Below, piece after piece: positions 21,326 through 38,824 of a stretch of 64,000 nucleotides of DNA. Source of the DNA: Pristiophorus japonicus. Lineage: Eukaryota. A program made the translations under genes and the position numbers. Within the stretch, counting starts at the first letter, position 1. Each line of letters starts with the position of its first letter. Under the pieces are notes generated by a model that was given only the letters and a program-made list of their open reading frames with translations, ran no database searches and was not told the origin of the DNA. The stretch covers positions 129,766,001 to 129,830,000 of the forward strand of contig NC_091980.1 in assembly GCF_044704955.1 (NCBI RefSeq), in the 5' to 3' direction.

Positions 21326-22529
21326 TGATGAATTCAAAGAGATCCTGTGGAAAGAATCAAAGGTTCCCTCAGACCCAGTAACAGGCCTGAATCGAAGTCT
21401 CTGGTGCCCATCGGGGTGGCCATTGAGTGTGACCATGTGATGTCCATCAGTTTGCTCAAAGCCCTTTGTGACTGCATCATGGATCCTTTGACCAATACAG
21501 GTGTAAATACCCAGATACATGTTTGGTTCAGGTGGTTCAACATTCTCTCTCTCTATCCACTCCATCAAAACTTTCATAATTATAAGGACCTGTGGTGTGA
21601 TTGGTGGCTCCGGATCTGAATCATTGCCATCCTCTCTGCCCCATCTAAAGCAGAGTTTTAATCCACCGAACGTCTCTCATCAGCTAATCCAGGACTGAAC
21701 CACTTCTGCACTGAAACCAGACATTACAGCTTTGGATCTTAGAGAAACACCAACATGAATGGCAAAGGACCAGAGCAGAGAGATGAGAATTTTTTTTACG
21801 CAGCAATTTGTTGTGATCTGGAACGTGCTGCCATGAAAGGGCCGTGGAAGCAGATTCAACAGTAACTTTGAAAAGGGAATTAGATATATAGGAGGAAAGA
21901 AAAACATTGCAGGGCTATGGGGAAGGAGCTGAGGAGTGGGACTAATTGGATCCCTCTTTCAAAGAGCCTGCACAGGCACGTTGGGCTGAATGGCCTCCTT
22001 CTGTGCTGTATGAATCTATGATGAGGCACAGTTACAGAACAACTGAAGAGGATGTAAAAAAGATTTACAAGGATGATACCAGAAATGTGAGGGTATACCT
22101 ATCAGGAAAGGATGAACAGGATCGGTCTATGTACTCTTGAAAGGAGAAGGCTGGGGGGGGGGGGGGGGTGACCTAATAGAGGTCCTTATAATTATGAAAG
22201 GTTTGATAGAGTGGATACGGAGAGAATGTTTCCACTTGTGGGGAAGAGCAAAACTAGAGGCCATCAATATAAGATAGTCACCAAGAAATCCAATAGGGAA
22301 TTCAGGAGAAATTTCTTTATGCAGAGTGGTGAGATTATGGAACTCACTACCACAGGGAGTGGTTTAATGAATAGTAGGGAAGCATTTAAGGGTAGGCTCG
22401 AAAAGCATAAGAGGGAGAAGGGATTACAGGCTTATGTTGATAGATTTAGAGTAGGAAAGACGGGAGGAGGCTCAAGTGGAGCATGAACGCTGCCATGGAC
22501 TGGTTGGGCCGAATGTCATGTTTTACAAA

Positions 22530-22760
22530 GCTCTGATTGGCTCTGGGTCTCACTCCCTTCCCCACACACCCTCTCCTTTTTAATTGGTGCTTGAATTCAG
22601 GGAAGATTCCTGACTGGCTCTCAGGGATTGTCAATCATCATTGGTCATGTCACTCCTTGTTCGAATGTCGGCTGTTCCAGTAGTATAAATACAGGAGCTT
22701 GTGTGAGATAGTGTTAGTGCCAGAATTGTGTAGGTGATAGTATAAATATAGATAGTGATG
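22530..22760 (+). promoter_or_regulatory. Type-B promoter of g4 (ATTGG boxes, TATAAATA 22684-22691)
   Basis: Aligns with the g3 and g6 promoters; no IRE hairpin in the short 5'UTR. Confidence 0.7.
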
Positions 22761-27300
<4,540 letters not shown>

Positions 27301-29165
27301 ACTGACTGGATCAAGCTTGTTGTGTTTAGTACATGTATTTATAATTAGACCCTGTCCTGTAGGAAATGATGTTTTGTGACTTTGTGCAAAGAGCTGAGAC
27401 CATCACTCTAAATAAATTGTTCAACATTGGATTGGGTTTTGTCTCCTTTTTAAGTTTGAGTGGATGCTTATTTTTCATTTCACATAATGTGGTTTACATC
27501 AAACAAGAATTATACAGGGCTGTGTAACAGTGCTATGGGATTCAATCCAATGAAATTTGTTTATCCTCTTGTGTAATGTTGATTTTTGTATTGACTGGGC
27601 CATTCAGGCCCCTGTTGTAAGATCTAAAATGTTTCAAGGGTGCATTCAGACAGTTGACAGCCTGCTGGGTTATTGGCCCAGTGACCAAAAGCAGAGTTAA
27701 GGAGGTGCAGAGATGTTTTAGGGAGGGAGCTCCAGAGCTTGGGACTTGGACAGCTGTATAAAATTACCTGTTCCAATAATCAGCCCTTGCATAAATGACA
27801 ATTTTTAATCCAACAAACTGCAAGTTGAAACATGTTAAACTGAAATTTTGCCAGTAAATCAGTGTTGCACCACTTCAGTCCCGTGAAGAAAGTCCTGAAT
27901 TAGAATCCTATTTTAATAACTATTGGCCCTGGCATTAGTGAAGAGCAATTTGTATTTGGTAGTTGCTACAGATCCTGTTCAGTTATCCAAGTAGTTTAGT
28001 AACAGAATTCACCACTGCTGCTATAGCCTTTATGTTAAGCTATGTAGGCAGACAAGCAATGTCTCAGCACACTGAACTCTGCACTACAATTGGGCGAGGA
28101 GGGAAAGTGACAGGTGGCATCAGCTTGCTGTCACAGCTTCTTGGTGTGGATACCCTAGTGGATGTGGTTCTGGGACAGCTTCTCCTCTGCTTGCTTCCAT
28201 CATGGTTGAATAACATGCCAACACAACATAGATTCACATGAATAAGATATTGAAGGATGGACTACACTCCACCCAAATATAATCCTCTTGGAAGGAGTGA
28301 ATGTGTTTCATTAATTAGACAAAGCAAAAGGCCAAGAAGTTAAATCCATTTCTCCCTGGCCCCAATGCTTAAACCCTCAATTTATACACCACTATCAATT
28401 TGTATTTGGTCCCACTGTGCATTTCCTAACCATCATCCTGGATTCGATCTACATTTCTCTCCTTCACAGCTATGAATGGATTCAAATGTTAATGTTGCAG
28501 CTCCAATAATCCATTGTTTGCAAGTTATTTTCAGGAAATTAGCTAAGAACTCTCGGGTGCAATTGAATTGCCATGTACACCCATTCCAGGTTAATGCCTT
28601 AGCAACTTTCAAAAGCACCTATGGGGTATCAATGTAACAAAATGTCATATATTGATGAGCCACAGTTCCACGAGTCGACCCGGGTTTGCATGCTGATGGG
28701 TTTGATGGCTTCATGTATTTAACAAATATTTGTTCCTGCAAATCCCCTGGTAGGACAGATGCACCAACGTTAGTGTCATCGATCATGCCAACATCCCCAG
28801 CATTGAAGCGGCGGGTCACATTGTTCGCATGCGTGACACAAGACTCCCAAAACAAGTGCTTTACTCAGTACTCTTATACGGCAAGCGATTTCCCCAGGTG
28901 GGCAGAGGGAAATGCCTCCTTGATAAAATGCAACATCCCCACCAGCACCTGGGAGTCCTTGGCCAAAGACTGCCCTAACTGGATGAAGTGCATCTGGGAT
29001 TGCGCTGAGCACCTTGAGTCTCACTGCTGAGAGCATGCAGAAACCAAGCGCAGGCAGTGGAAGGCGCGTGCAGCAAATCAGTCCCACCCACCCTTTCCTT
29101 CAACAACTGTCTGTCCCACCTGTGACAGAGATTGTAATTCCCATATTGGACTGTTCAGTCACATA

Positions 29166-30527
29166 GGGCCCAAGTTTCGGGCCGCGCCTAAAATGACGCA
29201 GCCTGGACCTGGATGCCCGTTTTTCGCGCCAGAAAGTGCGCCTAAAAAAAAACGTACCTATTCTCCAGCTCCCTGGAGGCCCTCTGGAGCTGGGCGCAGC
29301 ACAGCACGAGCAGTAGGGGGCGGAGCCAGGTCCCTGCGCTGAAAACAGTGCCGGGACCTGTGCGCATGCGCGCTACAGTGTGGGAGGGGCCCGAAGCACG
29401 CAGCCCCTAGCCCTGGCCGAATGGCCTCACTGGGGCTGCGTGCATAAGGCTCCTCCCACCCGACCCGACCCCTGCTTCCCCCCCCCCCCGGACCTCCGCG
29501 ACTCTTCCCCCCCCCCCCCCCCCCACCACCGGACCTCCGCGACCCCTCCCCACCGAGACCCGACGCCACCTACCTGTAAATCCAGCCCGAGGCCTTGGGC
29601 CCGGCCATTCAGCCTCCTCTCCCTCCCCCCCTTCCCTCCTTCCCCCCTCCTCTCTCTTTACCTCCCTCATCTCTCCTTCCTTCCCTCCCTCCCTCCTCTC
29701 TCCTTTCTTCCCTCCCTCCCTCCCTCCTCTCTCCTTCCCTCCCTCCCTCCCTCCTCGCTCCTTTCTTCCCTTTCTCCCACCCTCCTCTCTCCTTCCCTCC
29801 CTCCTATCTCCTTCCCTCCCTCCCTCCCTCCCTCCTCTCCCCTCCCTCCCTCCTCTCTCCCTCACTCTCTCCCTTCTCCCCCCACCCCCGTTCCCCCCGT
29901 CCCCTCGCTGTCAGAAACACAGACACTGACAGACAGAGAGTGAGAGACACACACACACACACAGATAGAGACACTGACAGAGACACACTGTGGGGGCAGT
30001 CCCAGCACGCTGTTGGAGGACTCCCGGTGCTGCAGTCAGTAAGTAGAAAATGTTTTATTTATTGATTTTTTAAAACATTTTTTATTTTTTATTAATTTTT
30101 TTTGATTGATTTATTGGTTGATTTATTGATGTATTTATCATTTATTATTGATGATGGCTCTTTATTTGTAAAACTGAAGTGTTTAATGTTTGTAAACTTC
30201 CCTTTAAATCCACCCCCCCCACCCATTCCCTACGACTAATTTGTAACCTACACCTGTGTAGACAAGGTTTTTTCGAACGTACAAAAATTTTCACTTACTC
30301 CATTCTAAGTTAGTTTGGAGTAAGTTTTCACTGCCTAAACTTTGAAAACAGGCGTAAGTGGCCGGACACGCCCCCTTTTGAAAAAAAAATTCTGTTCCAA
30401 AGTGAAACTGTTCTAACTGATTAGAACTGGAGCAAACTAAATGCCGAGAATTCAAATTTCTAAGATACTCCATTCTAAACCAGTTGCTCCAAAAAAACAG
30501 GAGCAACTCAGGCCGAAACTTGGCCCC
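29166..30527. mobile_element. Non-autonomous TIR DNA transposon (PIF/Harbinger-like)
   Basis: Termini GGGCCCAAGTTTCGG / CCGAAACTTGGCCCC (inverted, 1 mismatch in 15); 3-bp TSD ATA at 29163-29165 and 30528-30530; CpG-rich, no transposase. Confidence 0.8.
29610..29990. repeat. (CCCT/CCT)n polypyrimidine tract and (CA)/(GA) repeats within the DNA transposon
   Basis: About 290 nt almost entirely C/T on the + strand. Confidence 0.9.
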
Positions 30528-30964
30528 ATAAGAACTCACTTTTAGAGTGGAAGCAAGTCTCCTTGATTTCGCGGGATGGACTATCATGATGATGATGATG
30601 ATGTATTCAACCAAGTCTCCAGCTCACTCGAGGTGAAACTTTACAGGTGCTCGTGTTTTGAGAATTACTTACAATTTACAGCACAGTAAAAGAACATTCG
30701 GGCCAACTGGGCCATGCTGTGGTTTATGCTCCATGTGAATCTTCTCCCACCATACTTCATCTAGACTTATTAGCACATCCTTCTATTCCTTTCTCCCTTG
30801 TGTTTATCTAGCTTCCCCTTAAATGCATCTGTACTCTTTAGATTCAGAGTTATTAATGCAGGTAGCTCAGTAAATGCACCACTACTGCTATGGATTTTCT
30901 ATTGAATTGTGTGGGCAAAAAAGCGAGTAACAGCTACAGAGACCAGCAATGACTGAGCTCAAGG

Positions 30965-33900
30965 CCAGCATTTATTGCCCGTCCCTAATTGTCCTTGAGA
31001 AGGTGCTGGTCAGCCATCTTCTTGAACCGCTGCAGTCTTGTGGTGAAGGTACTCCCACAGTGCTGTTAGGGAGTGAGTTCCTGGATTTTGCCCCAGTGAC
31101 GAAGAAGAAATGGCGATATATTTCCATGTCAGGATGGTGTGTAACTTGGAGGGGAACTTGCAGGTGATAGTGTTCCCAAATTCTGCTGCTTGTCCTCCTA
31201 GTTGGTAGAGCAAGTGCTGCTGAAGAAGCCTTGGCGCGTTGCTGCAGTGCATCTTGTCGGTGGTACACACTGCAGGCACGGTGTGCCAGTGTGGTGTAGG
31301 ATGTTTGTTTTACACTTTACCTTGTTTCGTAGACCTCGGGAAGTACAGGAAAAAAGGACTACACATGATGCACAGTTTAGGCTTAACTCAGTGTCAGTTT
31401 TATCACGCAAAACCTAACTAAAAACTACAGAACTAGACTTCGAAGAGAATTAACTGAAGACATACAATCACCCATCCAGTTCGTAGCTGTAATCGCAGAT
31501 TGTAGGTTCATGATCATTGGTTCCGTGACTGGTTGTTCCCTCTTCTGGTCGTTCTCTTCAGTTCTGTTTCTTTCCGTTTGCTTCCGTTCCTTTCCATTTG
31601 CTTCCGTATTTCGCCTCTGAGCTGCTTCTGGCTTGTATACTTATATCCATTATAAGAATAATACCCCTGCTGAGCTGCAGTTTCCGATAATGTGTTTGTA
31701 TCGATACATTGTTGGTGGTGATCCATTTAACAGACTGCCATGATGAACATGGATGTCCCCAATTTGCACATGGAGTCTACAGGGCAAAAGATAACTCCTT
31801 ATCTGAAGTACCCCATTCTTCAAAAATGTACACCTTGTGGGATCCCTTTGTTTTTCTGGTTCCTTGCAGACTTGGAGTCTTCAGAGAGAATTGTTTTTTC
31901 CCCCTCTGGCCAATCAGTTCAGGGGCTCTTCTATGGGTTTATATCAAATGTATCAAACCCATTGTTTCTATGCATAAACCGGTCTGGTTCTCAACTGCAG
32001 AGATTGTCCTTAATTGGCGATGAGTCACCACCTGCCCCAGGCTGGCACCCTTTTTCTCCCTTTGTCCAGTCAATCCCAAAAACTTGTATTAAATCAATTT
32101 AATCAATTTTTGTTCGTGGCCTCTTTCTGTGCCTTCTGTAAAAGTGTGTAACCTTACAGTGGAGGCAGTGAATGTTGAAGGTGGTGGATGGAGTGCCAAA
32201 CAAGCCGTTTGCTTTGTCCTGGATGGTGTCGAGCTTCTTGAAGATTGTTGAAGCTGCACTCATCCAGGCAAGTGGAGAGGATTCCACCACACTCCTGACT
32301 TGTGCAGTGTAGATGGTGGAAAAACTTTAGGAAATCAGGAGGTCAGACACTAACCACAGAATACCCAGCCTCTGACCCGCTCTTGTTACCACAGTATTCA
32401 TGCAGCTGGTCTAGTTAAGTTTCTGGTCAACGGTGAGCCCCAGGGGTTTATGCTGAGAAATTCAGTGACAGTGAATGTTAAGGGCAGGTGGTTACAACTC
32501 TCGCTTGTTGCAGATAGTCATGGCTTGGCACTTGTGTAGCGCCATTGTTACTTGCCCATTATCAGCCCCACACCGAATGTCATCCAGGTTTTGCTGCATG
32601 TGGGCATGGACTGCTTCATTTTCTGAGGTGTTGCAAATTGAACTGAACATTGTGTAATCATCAACACACATCCGCACTTCTGACCTTATGATGGAGAGAG
32701 GGTCGTTGATGAAGCAGCTGAAGATGGTTGGGCCTAGGACACTGCCCTGAGGAACTCCTGCAGCGATGTCCTTCGGCTGAGATGCTTGACCTCCAACAAC
32801 CACGACCATCTTCCTTTGTGCGAGATATGACTCCAGCTAGTGGAGAGTTTTCTATATTCGCATTGACTTCAATTTTACTAAGGCTCCTTGATGCCGCACT
32901 CCGTAAGATGCTGCCTTGATGTCAAAGGCAGTCACTCTTACCTCTGGAATTCAGCTCCTTTGTACATGTTTGGACCAAGGCTATAATGAGGTCAGGAGCT
33001 GAGTGGTCCTGGCGCAACCCAAACTGGGCATCGGTGAGCAGATTATTGATGAGTAGCACTGTCTACCACATCTTCCCTCACTTTGCTGATTATTGAGAGT
33101 AGACTGATGGGGCGGTAATTGATTGAAATGCATTCGCCCTGCTTTTTGTGGACAGGATGTACCTGGGCAGTTTTTCACATTGTCAGGTAGATGCCAGTGT
33201 CTCTGTACTGGAACCGCTTGGCTAGAGGCGCGGCTAGTTCTGGAGCATAAGACAGCTAGGATGATATCGGGGCCTATTGCCTGTACAGTATCCAGTGCGC
33301 TCAGCTGTTTCTTGATATCATGTGAAGTGAATTGAATTGAATGAAGACTGGCTTCTGTGGTGGTGGGCACTTCAGGAGAAGGCCGAGAAAAATCATCCAT
33401 GAGACACTTCTGGCTGAAGATTGTTGCAAATACTTCAGCCTTGTCTTTTGCACTCCTGTGCTCGGCTCCGCCATCATTGAGGATGGGTTTATTCATGGAG
33501 CCTCCTCCCTCCAATTGTTGTTTAATCGTCCACCACCATTCATGACTGGATGTGACAGGACTGCAGAGCTTTGATCTGATCCGTTGATTGTGAGATCGCT
33601 TAGCTCTGTCTAGCATGTAACTTCCACTGTTTAGCATGCATGTAATCCTGATTTGCAGCTTCCCCAATTGACAACTCATTTTTAGGTGCGCCTTGTGTTG
33701 CTCCTGGTATCCTCGTCTGCACTCCTCATTGAACCAGGATTGGTCACTTGGTTTGATTTTAAAGCTAGAGTGAGAGGTATGCTGGGCCATGAATTTACAG
33801 ATTGTGGTGGAATTCAAATCTACAGTTGCTGATGGCACACAGTGCTTCATGGATGCCCAGTTTTGAGCTGCTCGATCTGTTTTGAATCTATTCCATTTAA

Positions 33901-34990
33901 CACTGAGGTTGAGCCACTCACTACGAAGGAGGGTGTCCTCAGTGTGAAGACAGGCTTCATCTCCACAAGAACTGTGTGTTGGTCACTGCTCCCAATGCTG
34001 TCATTGGCAGATACATCTGTGACAGGTAGATTGGTGAGGACGAGGTCAAGTAGGTTTCTCCCTTGTGTTGGTTCTCTCACCATCTGTCGCAAGCCCAATC
34101 TGGCAGCTATGTACTTCAGGACTCAGTCCGCTTTGTCAGTGCTACTGAGCCCCTCTTGGTGATGGACATTGAAGTCCATTGCTACTATCAGTGCTTCTTC
34201 CAAGTGGCCTTCAACATGGAGGAGTACTTAATCATCAGCTGAGGGAGGGCGGTAGGGGGTAATCAGTAGGAGGTTTCATGCCCATGCTTGACCTCAACCC
34301 ATGGGACTTGATCAGGTCCAGAGTAAATGTTGAGGACTCCTACCGCTACTCCCTCCCAACTGTATACCACTGTGTCACCACCTCTGGCGTGTCTGCCCTT
34401 TCGGAGGGACAGGACATATGCATAAATGGTGATGGAGGAATCTGGGACATTGGCTGTAATGTATGATTCTGTGATTATGACTATGTCGGGCTGTTGCTTG
34501 ACTAACCTGTGGGACAGCTCTCCCCATTTAGGCACAAGATTCCAGATGTTAGTGAGGAGGACTTTGCAGGGTCGACTGGGCAGGGTGTACCATTGTCATG
34601 TCAGAAGCAGGTTCCGAGGTCGATACCAGGTGGACTGTCCTGTTTTATTCTTATTAATGCTTCTCGTAGTGGTCTGTTACAAATGAGTGGCTTGCTAGGC
34701 CTTTTCGGAGGGCAAATTAGAGTCGACCACATTGCTGTGGGTTTGGAGTCGCATATCGGCCAGATGAGGTAAGGACGGCAGATTTCCTTCCCTAAAGGAC
34801 ATTAGTGAAGCAGGTGGGTTTTGACAACAATCCGATTGTTCCCCGGTCAACATTACTGAAAATAGCTATTTAATCCAGATTTTTGTTTAATTAAATGAAT
34901 TTAATTCCCCAGCTGCTGTGGTGGGACTTTTACTCACGTCTCTGAATTATTAGTCCAGGCCTCTGTATTACTAGTCCAGAAATATAACTA
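30965..34990 (-). mobile_element. CR1-clade LINE, near full-length degenerate ORF2 (endonuclease + RT)
   Basis: Minus-strand PKWGELSHRLVKQQPDIVIITESY (APE N-term), QMVREPTQGRNLLDLVLTN...SDQ, WFNEECRR, GVPQGSVLGPTIFSCFIND; interrupted by a solo LTR at 31295-32158. Confidence 0.85.
31295..32158 (-). mobile_element. Solo LTR (864 bp), related to the LTR at 38825-39532
   Basis: TGTAGG...TAACCTTACA termini; TSD GTGG at 31291-31294 and 32159-32162; shares tttaggcttaac, aaaactacag.actagact and gatccatttaac blocks with 38825-39532. Confidence 0.8.
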
Positions 34991-37900
34991 CTTTGTTACC
35001 GTACTCTTTATACCTCTCAATGGCACTTTTGGAGTATCGATGTCACCACATTTCATACATTGATGAGTCACAATCCTACACTCAGGTTGGGTTTGCGTGC
35101 TGATTGGTTTGACGGCTTCATGTTTCAGACAAACCAAATTATTTTGCTCACTCGATGTAAAAAACTTCACAGGTGCCCGTGTTTTAAGAATTACATAGAA
35201 TTTACAGCACAGAAAAAGGCCATTCACCCCATGCCAGAGTTTGCATTCCACATAAGCCTCCTCCAACCCCACTTCACGAAACCCTATCAGCATGTCTTTC
35301 CAATCCATTCTCCCTCTTGTGTTTATCTCACTTTCCCTTAAATGCATCTATGCTTTTTGCCTCAACCATTCCTTTTGATAGTGAGTTCCACATTCTAACT
35401 GCTCTCTGAGTAAAGAAATTTCTCTTGAATTCCCTCTTAGATTTATTTGTGACTATCTTATATTTATGGCCCTTAATTTTAGACTCCCCCACAAGTGCAA
35501 ATAATTTCTCAACGTCTACCTTATCGAATCACCTTTATAATTTCAAAGGCCAGAATGATGTTGCCCTGCGTCACCCCTCAGCATTCTCTTTTCTCAAGAA
35601 AAGAGTTCCGTCCTGTCCAATCATACCTAATGGGTATAACCTCTCGGTTCTGGTATCATCCTTGTAAATCATTTTTGCACCTTCTTCAATAACTCTGCTC
35701 CTTTTTGTAATATTCTGCTTAGAGCAGAGACGGCTAAGAGGAGATTTGATCAACTTGATAGAGGTGTTCAAAACCATTGAGGGTAAATCAGGAGAAACAG
35801 TTTCCAATGGCTGAAAGGTCAATAACCAGCGGGTATTAAGGTAATTAACAAAAGAATCAGAGGTGACAATAAGAAAAACTTTTTAACTGAACGAGTGATT
35901 AGGATTTAGAATACACTGCCTGATAGGGTGGTGGAAACAGATTCAACAGTAGCATTCAAAAGGGAATTGTATAAATACCCTTATGGGGTATTTGGGGATT
36001 ATGGGGAAAGAACCGGGGAGTAGGACTATCTGGATTGCTCTTCGAATGAGCTGGCACAGACTCGATGGGTCAAATGGCCTCCTTCTGTGCTGTACTCCTC
36101 TATGATTCTATGGAGACCAGAACTTTGCATAGGACTCCAAGTGTTGTCTAGCCCAGGTTCTATACAAATTTAACATGCTGAACAGGGATATGGTTCAGCT
36201 GCAGGCATTCCTCACTCTGAGCTCAGAACTGCGCTAATGGTTAACCGTTTGCTTACGAATCACAAAATATGTCAGGTCAATGTTCCCCCCCACTCCATGC
36301 TAATAACATAAGAACATAATTTGGTGCAGGAGCATGCCCAATGGCACCTTGAGCCTGGTCCACCATTCAATAAGATCATGGTTGATCGTCAACTGTACTT
36401 TCCCACCCTATCTCCATATCCTTTGATTCCCTGTGCTGATACCTTCTGACTCAGAGACAAGAGTGTTAGCAACTGAGCCAAGGTTGATCAAATCTTGCAT
36501 TTATATGTCCGTTTCCTCCAGGACAGCCCAAAGCACTTCATAGCTAATGAAGTTCTTTTGAAGTTCAGTCTCTGTTTTGTAGCAGCCAATTTACACACAG
36601 AAAGGTTCCCCATCAGTCTGTTTACAATGGGGCGATCTGGATTTGGCTGAATGTACACAGGTGGATTTGTAACACTGCTCCAACTTAAGGAGACAGCCAG
36701 CCCCACTCAAAATAAATGCAAAGTCCTATATGTATGGAGGCTCAGGGAGGGACAAGCAATGAAGGGCTGCAACAACTGAGGATTGTGCCCACAATCAATC
36801 AGTGGAGAATCAGGTTGTGGATATTGACAAGTTCCTGTGTTAAGAGCCATCTTGTAAAGTCTGTGTGTTGTGATGTCATAATGAATATACAACTTTGGCG
36901 ATGTAGGATAGGATTTCTGGATACGTTAGCTGAAATTTTTGCTGGTGAATGATTCAGCCAACAAGACTTTGAGGGCTTATTTTTTTGAATAACAGCTAAA
37001 AATCCAAAGAAAATTTCAAGCACACTTGGCTGAACTGAGGATTCCAGATGGCTGCGCCTCTGGGAATAACTGGGCACTTGGATGAGTTTCAACGTGACTG
37101 AGGGACATTCGGAGCGTGTGTGGAGCGGCTAGAAATCTTTTTCACGGTGAATAGTATAATCGAAGTCCCCGATTTTGAAACCCGTAACTGGGTGGTTTTG
37201 GAAAGAAAACGGGCAATTTTCCTGAAAGAAGCAGGCCCCGAGGTGTATGAATCCCTGAAAAATGTGTTTGTTCCTGTCAAGCCAAATGACACTTCACTTA
37301 TGGAGATTCTAAACAGCACTAAAGTCTTGATCCCCTAGAAATTGCTGAAAGTTGTCATTTCAGAATACGAGATCAGTTAACTGACGAAAGTATGTGAGTA
37401 CATTGTAGCATTATAAAATCTGTCCATTTGCTGTCATTTCGGAAATTTTCAGGACTAAACATTGCATGACTGCTTTGTTTGTGGGGTGAAAAATGAAGCA
37501 AACATAAAAAAGGTGTTGACAACTCTTAACTTGACTTTTGATTTAGATTGTCAAACAGCAATGTCAATGAATATGGCCGACCAATATTCCCAAGTATTTT
37601 GAGCCATTTCCAGTCATCAGATAACCGAGGTGAATCGTCTGCAGATTAACAGAAAAAGGCAGTTGGGCCCCAAGGCCTCAGCCACTGGACAAAGCAACAA
37701 TACATTGAAGTCATGCTATCAGTGCCTGGGATTGCTCAAAATTGTCCATATATGAAGACAGAGTGTTTCTTCTTCAGGAAAACTGTGCATCTTGCGAAGG
37801 CATGCTCACTGAAGAGTAAACCAACTTTCAAGACTATAAGTAGAAATCCCCAGAGACTGAATAAGATGGAAGAAATGCAACAGGACGAGGAGATACAAAT

Positions 37901-38458
37901 CATCAGGAGCATGACGGTATGTAACAGCGATTCAAAAAGTATCGCCATCCAAGTAGATGGTGCAGGAAACAAGAATACCCATGGAAATTGACACTGGCAC
38001 ATCCATGAGCATAGTACCAGAATCGCTATATCTCTACAAATTGCATAATTTTATATTGGAGAAATACAAGGTAGAGCTGTGAGGCTACTCAGGAGATAAC
38101 ATTCCTATAGTAGGAAATACAAGGATCAATTTCAGAGCTTGCCTCTCTTCGTAGTAGCAGGAGACAAGCCTGCCTTATTAGGTAGTAACTGGTTGGGACC
38201 AATGAAGCTGGATTGGAACGATGTCTTCAAGAAGTATCCGAAGGTGTTCTGTGAAACAGGCAGTCCGAGCCAAGGCTTCAAGACGAGTGTTAGGGTACAG
38301 AAGGACGCTAGACCAGTTTACTGCAAGTCCGCGCACTCAAGGAGAAAGTTGAGCAAGAACTCAAAAGACTAGAAACTGAGAACATTATCTCTAAGATAGA
38401 TCGATGTAATTAGGCTACACCCATTGTTATTGTACCTAAGCCAGATGGTAAGGTAAGA

Positions 38459-38820
38459 TTGGGTGACCACTTTGTGGAGCACCTCCGTTCAGTCCGCAAG
38501 TGTGACCCCGAGCTTCCGGTCGCCTTTCACTTTAATTCTCCACTCCACTCCCACTCTGACCTCTCCATCCTCGGTCTCCTACACTGTTCCAACGAAGCTC
38601 AATGCAAACTTGAGCAACAGCACCTCGTCTTTCGTTTAGGCACTTTACAGCCTTCTGTACTCAATATCGAGTTCAACAATTTCAGATTATAACCACTGCC
38701 AATCTTTGGCTCCCTTTTTCTCGCTCTTCCCCCCCCCAACCCCACCCCCCACACCCCACCGAGCCTGTTTCTTTTTTTCTCCTTGTCTCTAATGGCAGCT
38801 GATCATTATTCTGCCATTCA
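38459..38820 (+). mobile_element. Penelope-like element 3' end (GIY-YIG endonuclease tail)
   Basis: GDHFVEHLRSV...PVAFHFNSPLHSHSDLSILGL...KLEQQHLVFRLGTLQPSVLNIEFNNF. Confidence 0.8.
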
Positions 38821-38824
38821 CACC

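Larger units (their letters stand above)
28730..30603 (+). mobile_element. RTE LINE 3' portion, split by a DNA transposon at 29166-30527
   Basis: SLIKCNIPTSTWESLAKDCPNWMKCIWD; the sequence resumes at agaactcact 30531 and ends in (ATG)n at ~30587-30603. Confidence 0.8.

Noticed and set aside
29258-30065. Pro/Ser-rich and Gly/Arg-rich ORFs of 100-187 aa
   Set aside because: Translations of the (CCCT)n low-complexity tract within a non-autonomous DNA transposon.
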